Shown here: positions 38,810 through 47,955 of the stretch, in pieces
How positions within the stretch are numbered: position 1 is the stretch's first letter
Layout of the letters: each line of letters opens with the position of its first letter
Origin: Candidatus Krumholzibacteriia bacterium
GTDB taxonomy: Bacteria; Krumholzibacteriota; Krumholzibacteriia; LZORAL124-64-63
Direction: 5' to 3'
Assembly (NCBI GenBank): GCA_024762975.1
Contig: JANTGJ010000003.1
Coordinates: 2,736 to 66,735, forward strand
Length of the DNA stretch: 64,000 nt
The notes under the pieces: model-generated
Seen by the model: only the letters and a program-made list of their open reading frames with translations
Told to the model about the DNA's origin: nothing
Database searches by the model: none
Position numbers and translations under genes: made by a program

Positions 38810-40306
38810 CTACTCGACGCGATGGATCTCCACCCGACGGTTGATGCGGCGTCCCTCCGCGGTTCCGTTGTCCGCCAGCGGGTAGTCCTCGCCATAACCG
38901 ATCGCCGTGATCCGGGACGGAGCGACTCCCATCGCCACCAGCGCATCCTTGACCGCCAGCGCCCGGCGGTGGGAGAGATCGCGGTTCGTCTCTTCCGATC
39001 CCGTCGAGTCGGTGTGGCCATGGATCTCGATATCGGCATCGGGCCAGGCCAGCAGCGAGGCCGCGACATCCTCCAGAACCCCCTGCGATTCCGGAGTCAA
39101 CTGGGCGCTGCCGGATACGAAGTTCACACCTTCGAGGATGAGTTCGGAGCGGATCCGGGCCACGACCGGGCAGCCGTTCGAGTCCACCTCCGTGCGAGCC
39201 GGCGTGTTCGGGCACTGGTCGTCGCTGTCCAGGACGCCATCCCCGTCGTTGTCCGGATCGGGGCAGCCGTCCTCGTCCTGGAATCCGTCCAGATCCTCGG
39301 CCCGATCCGGGCACTGGTCGCGAGCATCGATGATGCCATCCCCGTCGTTGTCCGGATCGGGGCAACCGTCCCCATCCTGGAAACCGTCAAAGTCCTCGGG
39401 CTGGTCCGGGCAACGGTCCTGCGCATCGAGGATACGATCTCCATCGTTGTCCGGATCGGGGCAGCCGTCCTGGTCCTGGAATCCGTCGAAATCCTCCGGG
39501 TGATCCGGACAGATGTCCTGGTCATTCAGAATCCCGTCGCCATCGTTGTCGCGGTTGCCGAACCACCAGGTCAGTCCAACGGCGAAATCCACACGAGCGG
39601 TATTCGCATCGACGTGATCCGGTCCCCAGAATCGGCTGATCCCCATCGTGTCCTTGTTGTTGCCAGGAAACAGATGCCAGCGGGTGGCTAGATTCAGGGA
39701 CAGGCTTTCGGCCAGGAAAACGTCCAGGCCGGCTTCCGCGGTATAGGCCATATTCGTCGATTCCAAAGCCACTTCGTTCCCGTCGCCGTCATAGCCCACG
39801 ATCGGATCTTCATTGGGGAAGAGGCCCACGTCGGATTCGCCGCGCAGGTCCATCGCCTTCCAGCTCAAGACACCGAGGCCCAAACCGAATTTCGGTACGA
39901 AGCGTTTCTCGGGAAAGAGCCGGTACTGCAACTGCACCGACGGGTGGGAGATCGATGTATAGAGACCCGCGCCGCTGTCGAAAGACCATCCGGCGTCCTG
40001 ACCGGGAAATCCGACGCCCTGTCGTACGGTACCGTACTGGTAACCCAATTTGAGGTTCCAGTGTGGATTCAGTCCCCGCTCCAGGCCGAGTCCGAAGAAT
40101 TGATCCAGGTTGCTGTAGTCCCATTTGCCTTCGGTGAGCTTGAATACACCACTTTCAAGTCCCACGCCCCACTGACCGCTGACATCCTTGGCCGACGCAG
40201 CACCCGCCAGGCCGATGACCAATGACGCGATCAGGATCGGTACCCTACAGGAACGAATTGCGTTTCGGGCGCGCATTCTCGCCTCCCCGGAAAGATTGAG
40301 ATTCAT
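38810..40306 (-). CDS. OmpA family outer membrane protein with thrombospondin type-3 repeats
   Basis: N-terminal barrel, repeated DNDGDGIxDxxDxCPDxxEDxDGFQDxDGCPDP, OmpA C-domain GHTD...LS.RRA...NRRVE. Confidence 0.92.
   Translation of the reverse strand: MNLNLSGEARMRARNAIRSCRVPILIASLVIGLAGAASAKDVSGQWGVGLESGVFKLTEGKWDYSNLDQFFGLGLERGLNPHWNLKLGYQYGTVRQGVGFPGQDAGWSFDSGAGLYTSISHPSVQLQYRLFPEKRFVPKFGLGLGVLSWKAMDLRGESDVGLFPNEDPIVGYDGDGNEVALESTNMAYTAEAGLDVFLAESLSLNLATRWHLFPGNNKDTMGISRFWGPDHVDANTARVDFAVGLTWWFGNRDNDGDGILNDQDICPDHPEDFDGFQDQDGCPDPDNDGDRILDAQDRCPDQPEDFDGFQDGDGCPDPDNDGDGIIDARDQCPDRAEDLDGFQDEDGCPDPDNDGDGVLDSDDQCPNTPARTEVDSNGCPVVARIRSELILEGVNFVSGSAQLTPESQGVLEDVAASLLAWPDADIEIHGHTDSTGSEETNRDLSHRRALAVKDALVAMGVAPSRITAIGYGEDYPLADNGTAEGRRINRRVEIHRVE
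39190..39555 (-). repeat. Coding tandem TSP3 (Ca-binding) repeats, ~99-bp unit, about 3.5 copies
   Basis: Recurrent GTCCGGATCGGGGCA-x-CCGTCC at about 39251, 39350 and 39449. Boundaries approximate. Confidence 0.85.
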
Positions 40307-40444
40307 TTCGATTCTTGGAATCTGTGGCGAATCCTAATTCGTTCGGTCCAGTTTGGCAACAGTGGTTGCAACGAGCCGCCGATTGTAGTTCAATCCCTAT
40401 GGACCTGAAGGTCCTGCCTTTCTCGCCGGGAAGTGTAGAAATTT

Positions 40445-40933
40445 TTGGACTCGTTGCAGACGCTGATTGATGGCATTCGACGCGAGGATGGTGCGCTCCG
40501 ACGACTGGTCGGTGCCTATCCGCGCGAAATTCGTGATCAACGCTCGCAGAGCGGTCTTCTGAGTGCGAAGGACACGCTGGGCCATCTGGCCTACTGGGAC
40601 GACTTCACCGTCCACTTCTTCCTCAGTAAAATCGATCCGGCGTCCTGCCGTGTACCGCCGCCCTCGGATTTCGAGGCGGCCAGCCGTCGAGCCATGGTCA
40701 CGATGGCGGATCTGCCCTACGGCGAGGTGCTGGCGCGCTACCTCGAGGCCACCGGATCGATCCTCGAGTTCCTGGAAAAGCACTGGAGCGAGTTGTCGGA
40801 GCGGGAGAGGATGGATTTCCAGATTCCGTTGAAACATCGCCGGCAACATCGCATCAAGCTGTACGAGGCGTGGCAGGCGATCGATTGGGACGGGTTGGAG
40901 GAGGACAGGCGCGAGCTGTCGGAGCCGGCGTGA
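40445..40933 (+). CDS. DinB/ClbS-DfsB-like four-helix bundle protein
   Basis: LSAKDTLGHLAYWD...HRRQH pattern. Confidence 0.6.
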   Translation: MDSLQTLIDGIRREDGALRRLVGAYPREIRDQRSQSGLLSAKDTLGHLAYWDDFTVHFFLSKIDPASCRVPPPSDFEAASRRAMVTMADLPYGEVLARYLEATGSILEFLEKHWSELSERERMDFQIPLKHRRQHRIKLYEAWQAIDWDGLEEDRRELSEPA

Positions 40934-40962
40934 TTCCCGGTCCTCCTGGACCTACAGCGGAC

Positions 40963-41006
40963 AAAAAAAGAGGAAGCCGGGTTTGCTGCAACTTCGGCTT
41001 CCTCTT
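40963..41006 (-). terminator. Rho-independent terminator of the small peptide gene
   Basis: Minus strand reads AAGAGGAAGCCG-loop-CGGCTTCCTCTT continuing into a T7 run; about 30 nt after the peptide stop. Confidence 0.85.
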
Positions 41007-41035
41007 GAATTGATCCAGTCGATCCGTAGCGAAAA

Positions 41036-41179
41036 CTACTCGATGCGCAGATCCAGATCGGTTACGGGAGCCAAGGGCTCACGCTTACCACGCGGATATA
41101 CGTTCTGGTAGTTTCCAAATACGCCCAGTTCGACCTTTTCGGTCTTCAGCTTGGGCGCAAAATAGCTCTTCTTGGTCAT
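41036..41179 (-). CDS. 47-aa putative RiPP precursor peptide with YxxPxL leader motif
   Basis: Manual translation MTKKSYFAPKLKTEKVELGVFGNYQNVYPRGKREPLAPVTDLDLRIE*. GGAGGT RBS 6 nt upstream, with its own promoter and terminator. Confidence 0.85.
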   Translation of the reverse strand: MTKKSYFAPKLKTEKVELGVFGNYQNVYPRGKREPLAPVTDLDLRIE

Positions 41180-41238
41180 TCCTCTACCTCCGGCCCTTTG
41201 ATTTGGTCAGGCCCCCTGTTGAAAGTTCAATCAGGCAG

Positions 41239-41267
41239 ATTATAACAAAAGAACGGGATGCCGTCAA
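41239..41267 (-). promoter_or_regulatory. Near-consensus sigma70 promoter for the peptide gene
   Basis: Minus strand TTGACG-N17-TATAAT with extended -10 TG (TGTTATAAT). Confidence 0.85.
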
Positions 41268-41296
41268 CAAGACTTTTTCGGTCTTCTTCCGTTTTT

Positions 41297-42478
41297 TCAG
41301 ATCCCCTGGGAGGCCTCTTCGGGGTCCGACCTCAGCAGGGTCAAAATCGCAGTGCCGGCGAGATAGGCTACGGCTTTCATGCGCGAGATCCGGTTTACGA
41401 GCCGAACGGCCAGCGAGGGCCCTGCATCTTCTGCATAACCGACCTCCAACCAATAACTTTTGCCGGGAGAAAGGTATTTGCGCAATTCGCGCCGACGCAA
41501 CTCGGCAGAAGGAGCGCAGAGCCAATGCAGCAGGTGCTGTATCTCGCCCCGATGCAGGAAGTGGTCCCGACCGAAAAAAACGCGGCCCGTCAAGTTGTGC
41601 AGCAGACGTGCGGTTCGAGTGGGGGGCCTCAAACGGTCCATCACAGCGCTCGGAACCTGAACTCCGGTCCAATCCTCGACCAGGGTCAACAGGGCCCACA
41701 ACGCATGGCCCTGATTCTGGTTCCGGGCCTGTTCGACCAGGGCCTGCGGGTCCTGAATGGCCGGATACAACAGAGCGGCATCGATGACTCTCCGCATTTC
41801 TCCGAACCCGCCGCCGGTGCACTGCCCCACGATATGGAGCAGCAGATCTTCCGGCGATGGCGCCCGCATGCGCGTGCTGTTGAGCACCGTATCGACCGAA
41901 CGATGTTTCAGCCCCTCCAGATCAAAGCTGTAGATCGACTCGGGCAGGGTCAGGCCCCAATGCACTTCAACCACGAATCCGTTGTCGTTGCTCAGGATCC
42001 AGTGGAAGTGATGATCGCGATAGTAGCCCGGATCCGCCCGGGTGGAGGAGAGTTTCAGCCCCAATGATGCCAGGGTATGACAAGCGGTTTCGACTTCATC
42101 CGGCTCGACCAGGAGGTCCAGATCGGCAAGGAAACGGTGTTCAGTTCGCCGGTAGTAGTCCGTAGCCAGGGGGCCGCCCTTCAGTACGATGGGGTGGCAG
42201 TCGGCAGTGGCCAGGGTCGCGAGCACTTTCTCCAGAAACAGCAGGCGGACCATGGTCTCACGACCGGCTTGTCCTTCGATCACGTCCAATTGGTTTGCCA
42301 TTTCGGCGTCCAGACCGCTGCGCTCGATATAGGGCAATACGGTGCCCGTGATCCGGTGTTCGAAGCACAACTGCAGAAATCGTTTCCAGTCCAAGTGTGC
42401 CGGGGGCGCCAGGCGCTGCGGCTCGGGTTGGAAATAGTTGCGCGTCAGATCGGCGATGTATTCGAATTCCTGCAACAC
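41297..42478 (-). CDS. Nucleotidyltransferase family protein (NTP_transf_5-like)
   Basis: IVLKGGPLATDYY...RFLADLDLLV...VEVHW...PSPEDLLLH, a pol-beta-type GG/DxD signature. Confidence 0.88.
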   Translation of the reverse strand: MLQEFEYIADLTRNYFQPEPQRLAPPAHLDWKRFLQLCFEHRITGTVLPYIERSGLDAEMANQLDVIEGQAGRETMVRLLFLEKVLATLATADCHPIVLKGGPLATDYYRRTEHRFLADLDLLVEPDEVETACHTLASLGLKLSSTRADPGYYRDHHFHWILSNDNGFVVEVHWGLTLPESIYSFDLEGLKHRSVDTVLNSTRMRAPSPEDLLLHIVGQCTGGGFGEMRRVIDAALLYPAIQDPQALVEQARNQNQGHALWALLTLVEDWTGVQVPSAVMDRLRPPTRTARLLHNLTGRVFFGRDHFLHRGEIQHLLHWLCAPSAELRRRELRKYLSPGKSYWLEVGYAEDAGPSLAVRLVNRISRMKAVAYLAGTAILTLLRSDPEEASQGI

Positions 42479-42582
42479 GAATCGCTCCGGCTCGGCTGAT
42501 TGGGTGAACGAGGCTTCCTCTCCTCGTTATCGGATATCGGGCACTCGGGTTGATCGAAAACCGCGGTGCGTTTCCCGGGAAA

Positions 42583-44358
42583 CTACACGGACTCGTTGCC
42601 TTGTTGCAAATCGTAAAGTGTACGGTACATGCCGTCTTCGGCAAGCAGTTCGGCGTGGCTGCCGCGCTGGACGATGCGGCCCTCCGCCACGACCAGGATC
42701 AGATCCAGATCGCGTACCAGGCTGAAACGGTGGGCGATCACGATCGCCGTACGGCCCGTCATCACGCTTTTCATCGCACGGTGTATCGAGTCCTCGCTGG
42801 CGGCGTCCAATGCACTGGTCGGCTCGTCCAGGATCAACAGTCCGGGATTGCGAAGGAAAGCGCGAGCCAAGGCGACGCGCTGACGCTGTCCGCCGGACAG
42901 GCGACCTCCTCGCTCACCGCAACGTTCCTGCATTCCCTCGGGAAAGCGCTCGGCGAATTCGAGAACTTCGGCTTTGCGAGCGGCTTCGATGACCTCGTCC
43001 CGGGTTACGCTGTTCAGGCCGAAGCGGATGTTCTCTTCCAGGCTCAGATCGTACAGCAACGGCTCCTGCGCCACCCAGGCCATGCGCGATCGCAGGTCCG
43101 CGATCTCGTAATCCCGGTAGGCGAGTCCATCCAGTTCGATCCGGCCCCGACTGGGCGGGAACAGACCCAGCAATAGCGAGGCCAGTGTGGTCTTGCCGGC
43201 ACCCGAAGGTCCCACGACGCCCACCCACTGGCCCGGAGCGATGTCGACCGTGACACCGTCCAGGACCGGAGTCTCGCCGCTCTCCGGATAGCGGAATACA
43301 ACATCGGACATGCGCAGGGCCGCCGGATCGTGCCGTGGCGCGGGGGCCGGTGTGCCCGGCACGCGTTCGGTCGGCAGGGCCAGCACTTCGTCCAATCGTT
43401 CGGCCGCGGCGACAGCGCCCTGCCCCGAGGCGAATAGGCTGCTCAACGACGCCAAAGGCATTGCGACCCGGAAGGCCAGCAGCAGGAAGGCGACCAGTTC
43501 GCCGCTGGTGGCATCACCGCGCGCGGCCAACGCGAAACCGTAGATCATCACGCCCAGCAGGCAAACCCACAGACTCATCTGGATTCCGGATTCGAACGCA
43601 GCCGAGAGCCAGGCTCGCCGGACGCCGGCCTCCTCATAGGTCGAGATCATCTCCTGGAAGCGCTTACTTTCGTGCGTCTGCGCGTTGTAGACCTTCAGAC
43701 CGCGGATCCCGCCCACCGTTTCCTGCACCTGGCTGGTGATCTTGCCCAACTCCTCATACATCACCCGCGAGAGCTTGCGCAGCCGCGCGGCAAAGATCCG
43801 CACCAGGAGAATCGTCGCGGGGATCAGGATCAGCACCGCCAGGGTCAGGCGCGCATTCAGTTGCGCCATCAGGATCAGGGCGCCGGCCAACGTGATCAGT
43901 GCACGGGCCAGCGAAACGATGCCCGTCGTCAGCAGGTACTGGATGCTGCCCACGTCGCTGGTAACGCGGCTGGAGATGTCGCCGGCCTTCTTGTTCGTAA
44001 AGTACAGGGAGGGGAGTTCGAGGATGTGCGTGTAGACCCGCCGGCGCAATTTCGTCACGGTGCGCAGGCCCAGGCGGGCCGATACCACCTGGTAGGCAAA
44101 TGAGGCGCCCAGCTGAGCAATCAGCAACAGGGCCAGGATCACCAACTGTTGATTGCCGAGGACGAAATGGTCGACATCCCGCAGGGTATCGACGAAGCGT
44201 CCGGCGATGACGGGGATCGAGAGTGAGATGCCGGTCGAAACCAGCATCAACAGCAATACGAAGGCGAGGTCAAGAAATTGTCCGCGCAGCAGGGCAAAAT
44301 AGGGCCCGAGGGCCGCGAAGCCGAACAATCCGGCCGGCTTGCGTTCGATGGAATTCAC
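42583..44358 (-). CDS. ABC exporter, fused permease plus ATPase (MsbA-like, no C39 peptidase domain)
   Basis: 6-TM domain, GPSGAGKTT, LSGGQRQR, ILDEPTSALD, IAHR. GTG start after GGAGG. Confidence 0.95.
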   Translation of the reverse strand: MNSIERKPAGLFGFAALGPYFALLRGQFLDLAFVLLLMLVSTGISLSIPVIAGRFVDTLRDVDHFVLGNQQLVILALLLIAQLGASFAYQVVSARLGLRTVTKLRRRVYTHILELPSLYFTNKKAGDISSRVTSDVGSIQYLLTTGIVSLARALITLAGALILMAQLNARLTLAVLILIPATILLVRIFAARLRKLSRVMYEELGKITSQVQETVGGIRGLKVYNAQTHESKRFQEMISTYEEAGVRRAWLSAAFESGIQMSLWVCLLGVMIYGFALAARGDATSGELVAFLLLAFRVAMPLASLSSLFASGQGAVAAAERLDEVLALPTERVPGTPAPAPRHDPAALRMSDVVFRYPESGETPVLDGVTVDIAPGQWVGVVGPSGAGKTTLASLLLGLFPPSRGRIELDGLAYRDYEIADLRSRMAWVAQEPLLYDLSLEENIRFGLNSVTRDEVIEAARKAEVLEFAERFPEGMQERCGERGGRLSGGQRQRVALARAFLRNPGLLILDEPTSALDAASEDSIHRAMKSVMTGRTAIVIAHRFSLVRDLDLILVVAEGRIVQRGSHAELLAEDGMYRTLYDLQQGNESV

Positions 44359-44490
44359 TGGTCCTCCGATTCCGGTCCCATCCGTGGTGCCGAAGTGCGC
44401 CGAATTGATCCGGGTGGCGCAAATGAATCGGCGGAAGTATACCCTTCCGCCGTCTCCCTGTCTCGGGGCAGATCGTGAATTCGAACGTTC

Positions 44491-45588
44491 CTATTTGGTG
44501 AGGACCATTTTCCGGGACAGCTGCCAGCCCGGGGCTTCGAGTCGGTACAGGTAGGTACCGCTGCCGACCATCGCGCCCCCGGAATCCCGACCGTCCCATG
44601 TGACCCGATGGCGTCCTTCGCCGCGGGTCTCGTGCAGCAGTTCGCGCACCAGTTCGCCACGGGCGGAATAGACTCGCAGGGCCACGTTGCCGGAGCGTTC
44701 CAGTTCGAAGACGATTTCGGTGATCGGGTTGAACGGATTCGGCTGGTTCTGGGCCAGGTTCGCCGGCGCCCTGAACTCCGGTACGGACGCGACCGCGTGT
44801 CCGGCCGCCTCCATCATGTGGCCGATCAATAGTGGGGCGACCATCTGATAGGCCGATACGTTCGGATGGGAATCCGGATCGCCCGGACGCTGGTACTCGG
44901 CTTTCAGTTGGTTGCGATCCCCGGATCCGTCATCGGCGTGGGCGAGGAGGTCGAAAACATCCATGAAATGCAAATTCGGACGGTCGGCCAGGAACTCGTT
45001 GCTGCCCAGCCACTGCGAGAAGGCACGGGCCCGGTCGGCCGCTACGAGGCTCGTTTCGCCCGGGTGCAGGGGAGGTGGCGACATCACCAGGAATTGCTTG
45101 TCCGGGTGCTGGTCCATCACATCACGGATCTCCAGGTACCAGATCTTGTTCTGCTCCAATTCGGAATCGGTACCGATCGAGCAGGCCGTAAAGCAGGACA
45201 TGAAGGCGATCACATCGTAGTCGGACAGGATTGAGTCGCGGGCGGCATTGGCCGTCGTCCACAACCGATGCAATCCCCGCGGGTCGGTATCGTCGTCCGG
45301 GATGGCATAGTTGTAACCCAGCGCATCACCCTGGGCGTCGAGCAGCCCGATGAAATTGTAGTCGTGATCCCACAAGGCAGCCTCGGTGCCCCCGGCCCGG
45401 TTGACTTTTTCGAGATAGGAGCGGGCTTCTCCATAGATCATGAAGCCCCGGCCGGTCGAGTGATGCAGATAGAACAGGCGGTCCGATCCGGCGGCGGAGG
45501 CTACGGCGGCCCCCAAAATAGTCCCGAGCAGAATCGCGAACAGGGTCGCTATGCGCAGGCTGCGATGGAGAGATGCAGCGTTCTTCAT
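44491..45588 (-). CDS. Secreted SGNH-like domain plus FlgD-Ig/T9SS-like domain protein
   Basis: FYLHHSTG, IAFMSCF, MSPPP, DVFDLL, DSHPN; tail QPNPFNP...SGTYLYRL...KMVLTK. Confidence 0.7.
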   Translation of the reverse strand: MKNAASLHRSLRIATLFAILLGTILGAAVASAAGSDRLFYLHHSTGRGFMIYGEARSYLEKVNRAGGTEAALWDHDYNFIGLLDAQGDALGYNYAIPDDDTDPRGLHRLWTTANAARDSILSDYDVIAFMSCFTACSIGTDSELEQNKIWYLEIRDVMDQHPDKQFLVMSPPPLHPGETSLVAADRARAFSQWLGSNEFLADRPNLHFMDVFDLLAHADDGSGDRNQLKAEYQRPGDPDSHPNVSAYQMVAPLLIGHMMEAAGHAVASVPEFRAPANLAQNQPNPFNPITEIVFELERSGNVALRVYSARGELVRELLHETRGEGRHRVTWDGRDSGGAMVGSGTYLYRLEAPGWQLSRKMVLTK

Positions 45589-45928
45589 ATCAAGACTCCA
45601 ACAGCTTCGGACGAGCGATTTCGGGAAATCCCGATCCGAAGCGGGAAGAGGGCCAAGCCCCCGGGCGATCCTGCGCGAGATCTCGAACATTTGGCCCGTG
45701 AGATGGTCCTGGCTGATTTTTCGGCGTCGATCGGTATCTCGATCGGAATCAAGAGCGTGAAGCGATCTACTGCCGATTGCGCGGGATTATAGAAAAAAAA
45801 CAATCATATTGCAACCCGGAATCATTTTATCCTGATTCGTCGCCGCACCGGAAACTTGCCGGTCCGCAGAGGGTTTGATAACCTGTTGCGACAAGAGAAT
45901 TACAGTATGCAATGAGGAGGACGGTTTG

Positions 45929-46897
45929 GTGCAGTTCGCTCACTTGGTACGGCCGTGTGCGGGGATCGTCGCGGGTCTGTTTGTCATTCTGGGGATCGGA
46001 TTCAGCGCGGGGAGAGAGGCAATGGCCGAAGAACTGGCCGAAGAATCGGCCAAGAACGGATCCGAGCCGGTGCAGTTCCTGTTCATTCATCATTCCTGTG
46101 GCGGCCAGCTGTTGGCCGACGCTGGACCGCAGGTCGGTGGCGAGGATGAATCGGGGCAGACGTGCATCTATGTCAGCCATCCCAACGGAGGGGGGCTGCG
46201 CAGCCGTTTGGAATCCGCCGGATTCGCGGTGAACGAGTCTTCGTATGGTTCGATCGTCGGCGAAGACACCGATATTTGCCATTGGCGCCGGAAGTTTACT
46301 TCGAAGATGGACGACATTCTTCGCCTGAAGCAGCAGGATACCTTCCTGCCCGAGGGGATGACCAACCGTATCGTCGCTTTCAAATCCTGCTACCCGAACA
46401 ACGGTTTCCGGGGTGCCGGCAACGAGCCGGGCGATCCCGATTCCTGTGAGTTGACGGTGGCCAATGCCAAGGCAGCCTACCGTGCGCTGCTCTCCGAATT
46501 TGCGCAGCACCCGGAAGTTCTCTTCGTGGCCTTCACCGCACCGCCCCAGGTCGAGCCCCGGCCCCGGGGTATGAAGGCCCGCATCCGGGCGATGCTGCAG
46601 GGGAACCGGAAATCTCCGGCAGCCGGACTGGCCCGCGAATTCAATTCCTGGCTGGTCGATACCGACCAGGGCTGGTTGGCGGGTGATGCACCGGGCAATG
46701 TGGTCGTCTTTGACTACTATGACATCCTGACCGATCACGGAAAAACGAACTGGTCGGCCTACGGATCCCGCGAAGGTCGCGATAGCCACCCGAGTACGGA
46801 GGGGAATCGGAAGGCTGCCGACGCGTTTGTTCCGTTCATCCATGCGGCACTTGCCCATGCCCAGCATGCGTCGAGTTCGTCGCAGAACAGTCCATGA
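45929..46897 (+). CDS. Exported SGNH-like protein, paralog of the divergent upstream gene, without FlgD tail
   Basis: GAGGAGG RBS; LFIHHSCG, VAFKSCY, FTAPP, FDYYDIL, DSHPS. Confidence 0.7.
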   Translation: MQFAHLVRPCAGIVAGLFVILGIGFSAGREAMAEELAEESAKNGSEPVQFLFIHHSCGGQLLADAGPQVGGEDESGQTCIYVSHPNGGGLRSRLESAGFAVNESSYGSIVGEDTDICHWRRKFTSKMDDILRLKQQDTFLPEGMTNRIVAFKSCYPNNGFRGAGNEPGDPDSCELTVANAKAAYRALLSEFAQHPEVLFVAFTAPPQVEPRPRGMKARIRAMLQGNRKSPAAGLAREFNSWLVDTDQGWLAGDAPGNVVVFDYYDILTDHGKTNWSAYGSREGRDSHPSTEGNRKAADAFVPFIHAALAHAQHASSSSQNSP

Positions 46898-47010
46898 CCC
46901 GGGTCCGGACTCCTCAAGGAATCTGTTCTCCGGTCGAAGGATAGATTGCGGCGGTCTTTTGCGGCCTCTAGTATCGATGATCATTCCAGACTGCAGGTGG
47001 GAGGCTGGCG

Positions 47011-47895
47011 TTGGAGCTGCGCTACTATCGGCCCGTGCCGGTGGACGGCAGGATCACGACGAATTTCGGTGACGAACTGAATCGGATCCTGTGGCCGGAA
47101 ATATTTCCGGATGTCTTCGACGAGGACAAGGGTGCCGCGTTTTTCGGCATTGGTAGCCTGTTGGGCTATCCCAAAGCCGACGACGCGCAGACGCGCCACA
47201 AGATCATCTTCGGCACCGGCGCGGCGATGGCCGAGGCCGGCCGGCGCGAACCGTCGGATGGGCGTTGGAAGTTCTATGGAGTACGCGGACCCTTGACCTG
47301 TCGCAGCTACGGGCTCGAACCGGAGTTGGGTCTTTCGGATCCGGCGGTGCTTTGTGCTCGCCGTTGGCAACGGGATGCGATGCCGCAGTACGAATTCGGC
47401 TACATGCCGCACATCTCGGAGGCCGAGGGCTGGTCCGATTTTCTGGCGGCCCGGTGCCGTGAAGAAGGTGTCCGGTATATCGATCCCCGGGACGGAGTCG
47501 AGGAAGTGATGGCCGCCATCGGTTCCATCGATTGCATGATCGCCGAGGCGATGCACGGCGCGATCGTGGCGGACGCGGTGAGAGTGCCCTGGATCCCGGT
47601 TTTCACGACCCGCCGCCCGCACCGGTTCAAGTGGACGGACTGGTGCCGGTCGCTGGGCATGGAATTCGAACCGATGTGGATTGGCAATCTGGCCAGTCTG
47701 GCCTCGCGCAGGGGGCTGCGCGGGGGGTGGATCAACGGCCCGTCCGCGCTGGTGTTTCGACGGATGCTGCGCAAGGCGAAGAATGGCCGGCGCTTTCTCA
47801 GTACCGATGCGCGGATCGAACAGAGTCTGAATGCATACGACCGCGCTGCCGAGGCATTTCGCGCGGATCTGGCCCAGGGATGTTTCGCCGACTGA
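47011..47895 (+). CDS. Polysaccharide pyruvyltransferase (ExoV-like)
   Basis: NFGDELN, GIGSLL, GVRGPLT, DPA, YMPH, AEAMHGAIVADAVRVPW, FKWTDW. Confidence 0.9.
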   Translation: MELRYYRPVPVDGRITTNFGDELNRILWPEIFPDVFDEDKGAAFFGIGSLLGYPKADDAQTRHKIIFGTGAAMAEAGRREPSDGRWKFYGVRGPLTCRSYGLEPELGLSDPAVLCARRWQRDAMPQYEFGYMPHISEAEGWSDFLAARCREEGVRYIDPRDGVEEVMAAIGSIDCMIAEAMHGAIVADAVRVPWIPVFTTRRPHRFKWTDWCRSLGMEFEPMWIGNLASLASRRGLRGGWINGPSALVFRRMLRKAKNGRRFLSTDARIEQSLNAYDRAAEAFRADLAQGCFAD

Positions 47896-47955
47896 CCTTC
47901 CGGTTGCGGCGAAAGGAGGGACGCGGCACCGGCCGCCGTCCGGGGAAGGACCGAA

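Noticed and set aside
39190..39555. Regularly spaced DNA repeats resembling a CRISPR array
   Set aside because: They are in-frame TSP3 coding repeats inside the OmpA gene, the intervening sequence is also homologous, and no cas genes are present.
40353..40370. TTGGCAACAGTGGTTGCA as a sigma54 site
   Set aside because: The GG-to-GC spacing is 11 nt rather than the required 10.
41036..41179. Calling the peptide a canonical lasso precursor
   Set aside because: It lacks the Gly after YxxPxL, the Thr(-2), and a ring-closing Asp/Glu at position 7-9 after the likely Gly. No cyclase or peptidase is nearby. Kept only as RiPP-like.
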